This document shows positions 58,200 through 64,000 of a DNA stretch of 64,000 bases, in pieces. Source of the DNA: the human T2T-CHM13v2.0 reference genome, Homo sapiens; NCBI RefSeq assembly GCF_009914755.1, contig NC_060929.1; one strand, written 5' to 3'. Position 1 is the stretch's first letter; every line of letters begins with the position of its first letter. A model generated the notes under the pieces. It made no database searches. It saw only the letters and a list, made by a program, of their open reading frames with translations, and was not told the DNA's origin. A program made the translations under genes and the position numbers.

Positions 58200-60051
58200 A
58201 ATTCCCATATTTACTGTGGTCAAGGGTGTTCCTCCTTATTAGTTGGGGTGCCAACTGTCCATGTATTACAACCCAGGCTGTCTGTCCCAGTCCTGAGGCT
58301 ACTACCTCTATAGGTACCCATTGCCCTTGTTGCTTGACTCAGGCCTTTTAGCCTTGATGTCCAGTCCAGGAAGGGAGGTCACATTCTACAAAAACCTGCC
58401 ACTTCTGATAACATTGCCCATCCAACTAGAGGGATCAGATGTCCCTGGTGCTACTGGAGGGACTCTAGCATTTTTATACTCCTTAGTCCCACTCCCAACC
58501 TCTGAGGGATTTCACGGAAAGGAGGAACAGTCATCACCATTGCATGTAGTTTGGTCCATTGGGTGGAATGTCTGTACTCAGTCTCAGTCCAAAGATAGCC
58601 ATCCACTGGCTAGATGGTGACTGTTGTCCAGTGGAGTTCTTCTTTTAGTTTTGTGGAGCCACAAGTAACCAGGTCTAAGTGTCAGTAGGCATGTCTCTGA
58701 ATCATGAATCCCAGACAGTCACAGCAGGGGCCAAAGCATCCTCCAAGAGTCACTTGGTCACTTCTGATAAAGTAGCCATTTGTTCATGGAATCTGTTAGT
58801 CCCTTGGGGTCCCAGCTAGGGACCATTTCTGTTTGATAATTGAGCTCTGGTGAGCATACCCAGTTTTACTGGTAGGATTTGTAAGCACCCAAATAAGACT
58901 GAACAGTTTAGCTTTCAATATCACACATGGCACTTTGGGTGTAAGGTGGTCAGTCTCTGCCAGTGCCCACTAGCAAGCAAGTTGTCATTCAAAAGGGGGA
59001 TATCTAGCAGCTGCCTCAGGAAACTTATTTGTCCAAAATCTGAGAATCCAGTACAACCCAGTGGAAATTTCCTGTTCCTGGAGACTCCATTCAGCAAGCA
59101 GGGAGGTTATGGACACTTGGAAATTCCATCAGCCTAGCAGGCTCTAAAATATTCCAAAGGCAGTGCCTGGGACACTGCTTGCTGAACAGCTTCCAAGGCC
59201 TGAAACTGTGAAGGACCTCATTCAAAGTTGGAATCTTGTGGGTCATTTTGACTAAGGAGGGCAAAAGCACACCCTGGTGGGGTATTTGCTGTCTCCAGTA
59301 CCCAAAGAGGCCTACCAATTGTTGGACATTCTTTTTATTAGTGGATGCCTTTCAGGCCAACAGTTTTTACTTGACTGTATCCCAAGGGACCCATAGGAAT
59401 TATTCCTATAGTGCTAGACCCTGGGCTTTAATTCGAATTGATAACCCAACCAGCACTAGTCAGGGTGTCAATAACTAAGCCCAGTACATCCTCCACTTAT
59501 TTTTCAGTGGGCCCTACTATCAAGATGTCATCAATATAATAAATCACTAAAATTTTTGTGAGGATTTGGGCTTGTACCCACTGGTGGCATATTTCAGGGG
59601 AATTGAAGTATCCCTGAGGAAACACAGTGAAGGTAACTGTAGGCCACTCCATGTGAAAACAAATTGGTCTTGATCTTCATTCCCCAACGGGATTGAGAAT
59701 AAGGCACTAGCCAAGTCACTTAGAACATACCAATCTCCTCCACAGGTTGCAAATGTCTCAATGAAGGTAATAATATCTGGCACCTCAGGGGTCAAAGGTG
59801 GAACCTTAGCATTCACAGTGTGGTAATCCATTGTCAGACTCAATGGGCAGAGACCTTTTTGACCAACCAAACTGGGCTGTTACATGGTGACAGGGTGGTT
59901 TGTAACATTTCTATATGTAGTAAGTTCTGAATTAGCAAAGTAATTCATTTTCTCAATTTAGTATGCAGTATTGCTTTTGTTGAATAACCCACTGGGGCTT
60001 GAGTAGTTTAATTGGCAGGCAGAAGTTGATAAGCCCCACTCTTACGACTGT

Positions 60052-60091
<40 letters not shown>

Positions 60092-60290
60092 GAGAAGGCA
60101 TACCCTCTGAGGCAGTGGTAATATTCTGTGCCACAAACAGCCAAAATGTCAATGCCTATAATTCTCTTAGCAGTGGGAACCACAGTCCCTGTTTAGTGCA
60201 TGTATTTGGGTCGTAGGGATTCACTGTTCATTACAGCAAGCCATTAAACATCAGATACAACAGAGCCATCTGTCTCACTGGATCTCTTCT
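58200..60290 (-). pseudogene. pol: Class III (ERV-L/HERV-S-like) pro-pol remnant; integrase core apparently deleted; gag and 5' LTR absent
   Basis: PTAKRIIGIDIL (PR); LTMDYHTVNAKVPPL...DLASALFSIPL...QDQFVFTW; IYYIDDIL; LVGLFGYWRQQIPH; RNase H-like CGSTKL...STQWTKLHA. Confidence 0.88.
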
Positions 60291-60389
60291 TACCAGAAAA
60301 TTGGATGGTATAAATAATATACTTACAAAAAAAACTACAGTTACTAGGGAATATTAAGTTCATAAGATGGAAACACACAAATCCAAGAC

Positions 60390-60520
60390 ATTTATTAATT
60401 CATTCCACATACATGTATCACAGGCTACCGCCATGTGCTGGGAGTTCAGTTATAAACAAAATAAACAAATGCCCCTACCCTCAAGGGGCATCTGGAGGAG
60501 GGAGACTACAAATAGGATAA
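60390..60520 (-). mobile_element. L2 relic
   Basis: ttcattccacatacatgtat...gtgctgggagttcagttataaacaaaataaacaaatgcccctaccctcaagggg. Confidence 0.6.
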
Positions 60521-60539
60521 ATTCATAAAATATATTGTT

Positions 60540-60642
60540 TTAAAAATAGTTTTTAAGAGAAGTTTAAGTCTACGGCAAATTGAACAGATGGTATGAAGAG
60601 TTCTTATATATCCCTGTCCCCACATATGCATAGCCTCCTTCC
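60540..60642 (-). mobile_element. L1MC/MD extreme 3' end fragment
   Basis: ttttaagagaagtttaagtctacggcaaattgaacagatggtatgaagagttcttatatatccctgtccccacatatgcatagcctcc. Confidence 0.7.
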
Positions 60643-61209
60643 AGTTTGTTGTTGTTGTTGATTCTAGAAGTGTTCTTTATAGTTGAAATTAAATAGTTAT
60701 CTTACTTCAAAAGAATAGATCCTAAAATATTGTGCATATGTGGCAATATATTTCTAAAACCGCATTCACAAAATACTTACATACCAGTCAGAATTCTATT
60801 GCCTTCTGTTTCCCAAAATGAGTCAATGTCAATAACAGTCTTTTTATGTTACCAATTTGTTAAAATATTCACAGACTCATAATAGAATACACATTAAGTA
60901 CAAATGTCTAACTCACTGTGTTAGTTTGTAGTTACTACGTTTAGAAGGTTGTTTTTTTTTTTTGTCATGCTAGGTTGCCTCTGTGCATCAATCTAAATTG
61001 ATGATTTTGTTTTCCTTGGAAAACTTTCTTCCTTTATCCGTGAAACACTACTCTTGTGTGCTTTTTCTCAGTTTAGTCTTACAAATTCTTTTAATTATTT
61101 TTCGCCATTTCCTTTCCTACAAACAGTTAAATACAGGTCTGTATTTCTTTCTTTCCCAGGCAACTTGTTCTGATGAATATTTTCCTTCCTTTGCCTGTTT
61201 TTTTTTTAA

Positions 61210-61560
61210 TCTATCCATCATCCATACATCCATCTATCCACTATTATTAACATCCATCTATCCATTAGCAAAGATTCATTCAGAAGCTATGTGCCAGGCA
61301 CTAAGTTAGGTATCAAGGATATTGACAGAAGACAGATGTAGTTCCTTCCTAATTCTAGATAAGCGAAACACATGAACAAAAATGAAGTCTATAAAATATT
61401 TATGATAGCCTGTGGCAGAAAATAGTGTATGGAGGGTGGAGGACACTAAGAAGGAGATGATTCTCCCAGAAAGGTAAAGCATAAGATACATAAAGAAAAT
61501 GTTATGATTCTTAACACAGGGCTTAACGTAGTACACATTTGTTGAATGAATAAATAAGTA
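61210..61560. mobile_element. L2 fragments in both orientations
   Basis: (atcc)n then ctatgtgccaggcactaagttaggtat (minus); acacagggcttaacgtagtacacatttgttgaatgaataaat (plus 3' end). Confidence 0.6.
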
Positions 61561-62528
61561 AATTTACCAAGTTTGAGGTTCAAAACTGACATTTTCTTAT
61601 TTAAAATTGGGAAGGAATAATGTTAAGGTAAAAAACATTAGGGTAAGATTGACATCACCAAAAGTATGTACTTACTAAATGAAAAAACGTTTTGCTCTAG
61701 TTAAAATTCTTGGCATATATTTTATAGAGTGACCTAAATTTTTGTAAAATCTGAAATGTGTTAACTATATAGGAAATAAAAATAATATGCATTTCACAGG
61801 GAAACTTTATTCAAGGGAAAATTAGAAATTATTTATTACTTAATGGTATCTCTTATAAGGAACTCAGAATAACATAAACTGACAAAAAATTGTGTGGGAA
61901 AATGTTATTGGACTAAAAAGAAACCCCTAGTTTTTTTTTACTTTTTGTGAACTAGCCTCACATAAACCGACCTTGAATTTTAAATAGGGTATTAAGCATT
62001 TAAGCTTGCCCAAGATCTACTATCCTGTACACAAATGCACAACTATTTTTGTCACTCTTCTATAGAGCTAGCATTCTGGACAAATTTAACAGGAATGTTT
62101 TTGAAAAAAAAGTGGATAAATGTCATTCAAAGTGCAAGAAAGCTGAAGAAAATTTTACTAATTCAAAAAAGAGTGTAAACTTGTTACTTTTAACACAAAA
62201 TTTTAAAATATTTTTGGTGATTAAGAAAATCATTGATCAATATAAATAGGGGCAAATATGAAGTAGAAAGAGTTTTAAAATATCACTCTTTATACTCAAT
62301 TTCCTTCTTTCAAATGCTTATCTATTATTCTTGATCTGTTATAATAGTCTCTTGACCAGCAGCTACTTAAGCCCAGTGTTTGATTTTCCCCATTAACCCT
62401 AAAATATTTATTGATTGTCTAGCTAACAATGGTTTTCCAGGGCATACATGCTATAAACACAAGTTTAGGAACCAAAACTCTTTCTGATATGCTAGCAATT
62501 AACATTTTAACATTTCCATAATACACAG

Positions 62529-62990
62529 TGTATCAGTTAGGGCTAGGTTTTATCAAAGAAAAGAGGCCCAAAATAACAGTGGCTGAAAGAAGACAAATGC
62601 ATCTGTCTTTCACTTACAATTCTTAAGGCAAGTAATCAGGTGCTGGCCTAGCAGCTTTGCTACATAAAGCCCATGGAGACCTGACCCCTTTCCACTTCTA
62701 TGCTTTGCCATCACTATACATGGACTCCAATTGTCATAGGCCAAAATGAAGCTCAAGTGTTGACAGTTATGTTCCAAGTAAATTTTATGGGGGAAGAAGG
62801 AAAGAAGAAGAAAAGAAAACATGCTGCCACACAACATTTCTGCTTCTGTCTCTTTAGCTAGGTCTCAGGCATAAGCACATACCTAATTTAAATGGAATTT
62901 AAGAATTCAGTCTCCATCCAAGTGTACATGGGCCAAGCTAAATGCAATGACTGTTACAGAAAGAGAATGATACTGTGGTGAGATACACAA
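62529..62990 (-). mobile_element. Old MLT1 (I/J/K-like) MaLR LTR
   Basis: tgtatcagttagggctagg...cccaaaataacagtggctgaaagaaga...ttctatgctttgccatc...acatttctgcttctgtctc. Confidence 0.65.
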
Positions 62991-63879
62991 AACTCCTCCA
63001 TGCTATATCGTATCTACAATGTTCTCTTGATTCCATGTCTACATATCTTAATTCCTTTAGGTATAGACAGTTTTCCTGGAGGGCAGCAAAGATAATGCCA
63101 AGTATGACAGCACCAAGTTACCAATCTTGCTGTAATCCAAAGATATTCTTAAAAATTAACTTTCTTCCGGTCCAGAGTTCCTTCCAACTATCGAAATTGC
63201 CTGGTAGAATAGATAAGACCAAGTGATTTTGAAAACATTTGGTTAAATTGCACTGTTTTCAAGCATATCTGCAAGAAATAGAAGATATTTGCAGTACCTA
63301 GAATGTTCTCGAGAGTTCAATATTTGTCCACGCTTTTATCCACGCTGCAAAGATTCCCCACGTGATTTCACTGATGTTCTCCATTTAAGTCTCTCAGAAA
63401 CTCCACCTGAGAACTCTCACTCAGGTGGAGTTAGCTGAAATGAATATTGCTCTAGTCTCTTCCTAATTAGTAGTTTCTTCATTTCATGTGGCTTTTATTA
63501 ACATGAAATGAAGCTCTTGAATTCCAACTGAGATCTTACCTCACTTTGGATTACAAGAATAAAAACAGTTGGCAACCTATTTCTCCCTACTGTGTTCAGA
63601 TCTCCTAATATCCTTCTGAATGCTGTAGAATGCTCTGATTTGGCACACTGTGTTCCTACCAACATAACAAATAGCATATAAACCCATTATATTGTTATTC
63701 GTTAATAAACTTTGTAAAAAATGTATCTTAGGTACTCGTTGCTTATTAATGTACTACAATAATGTAATCTATCATTACTTATTTCCCTTCTGGTTATTTT
63801 TACCAAATAGAGTACAGTCATTTTGTTCTTGCTCAATCTAAATATGTTCTGTATTTTCTTTTCTTATTTTCATTGCACT

Positions 63880-64000
63880 AGTGAGGTAGTAAAGCTGGTA
63901 GTTAAGTAAGGCAACGTAGCAAGAGTTCCTACATTCCCTCATACTCTGAGGACTTTACATAAGTTACCAAAACCTTTTTGTGTTGTGGTTTCCTCATCTG
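63880..64000 (+). mobile_element. MIR relic running off the window end
   Basis: gagttcctacattccctc...aagttaccaaaacctttttgtgttgtggtttcctcatctg. Confidence 0.6.

Overview
AT-rich primate (human-like) genomic DNA dominated by interspersed repeats, with no intact protein-coding gene I can name. Most ORF-track entries are repeat-derived or chance frames. Main content: a 5'-truncated L1PA4-like element with TSDs, older L1PB/L1M fragments, about 11 Alus, MIR/L2/MER3 relics, several solo LTRs (THE1, MLT2A, MLT1, LTR40-like, MER50-like), an apparently full-length Tigger3 (Golem) DNA transposon, and three defective proviruses. These are (1) a tRNA-Pro-primed LTR9/HUERS-P3-like gamma-type provirus in which gag is fused by deletion to env TM, (2) a 3.3-kb serially deleted tRNA-Ser-primed HERV-S (HERVL18/LTR18) provirus, and (3) a MER54-like-LTR element pairing a class III (ERV-L/S-like) pol with a decayed gamma-type env. 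Other notable signals: a ~170-bp ectopic copy of unique DNA plus an Alu end pasted 18.6 kb away at an L1/L1 junction, a 50-bp leader-to-gag templated insertion, and a phase-compatible chain of candidate + strand exons in the first 16 kb. Family names come from recalled consensus sequences and need Dfam/RepeatMasker confirmation.
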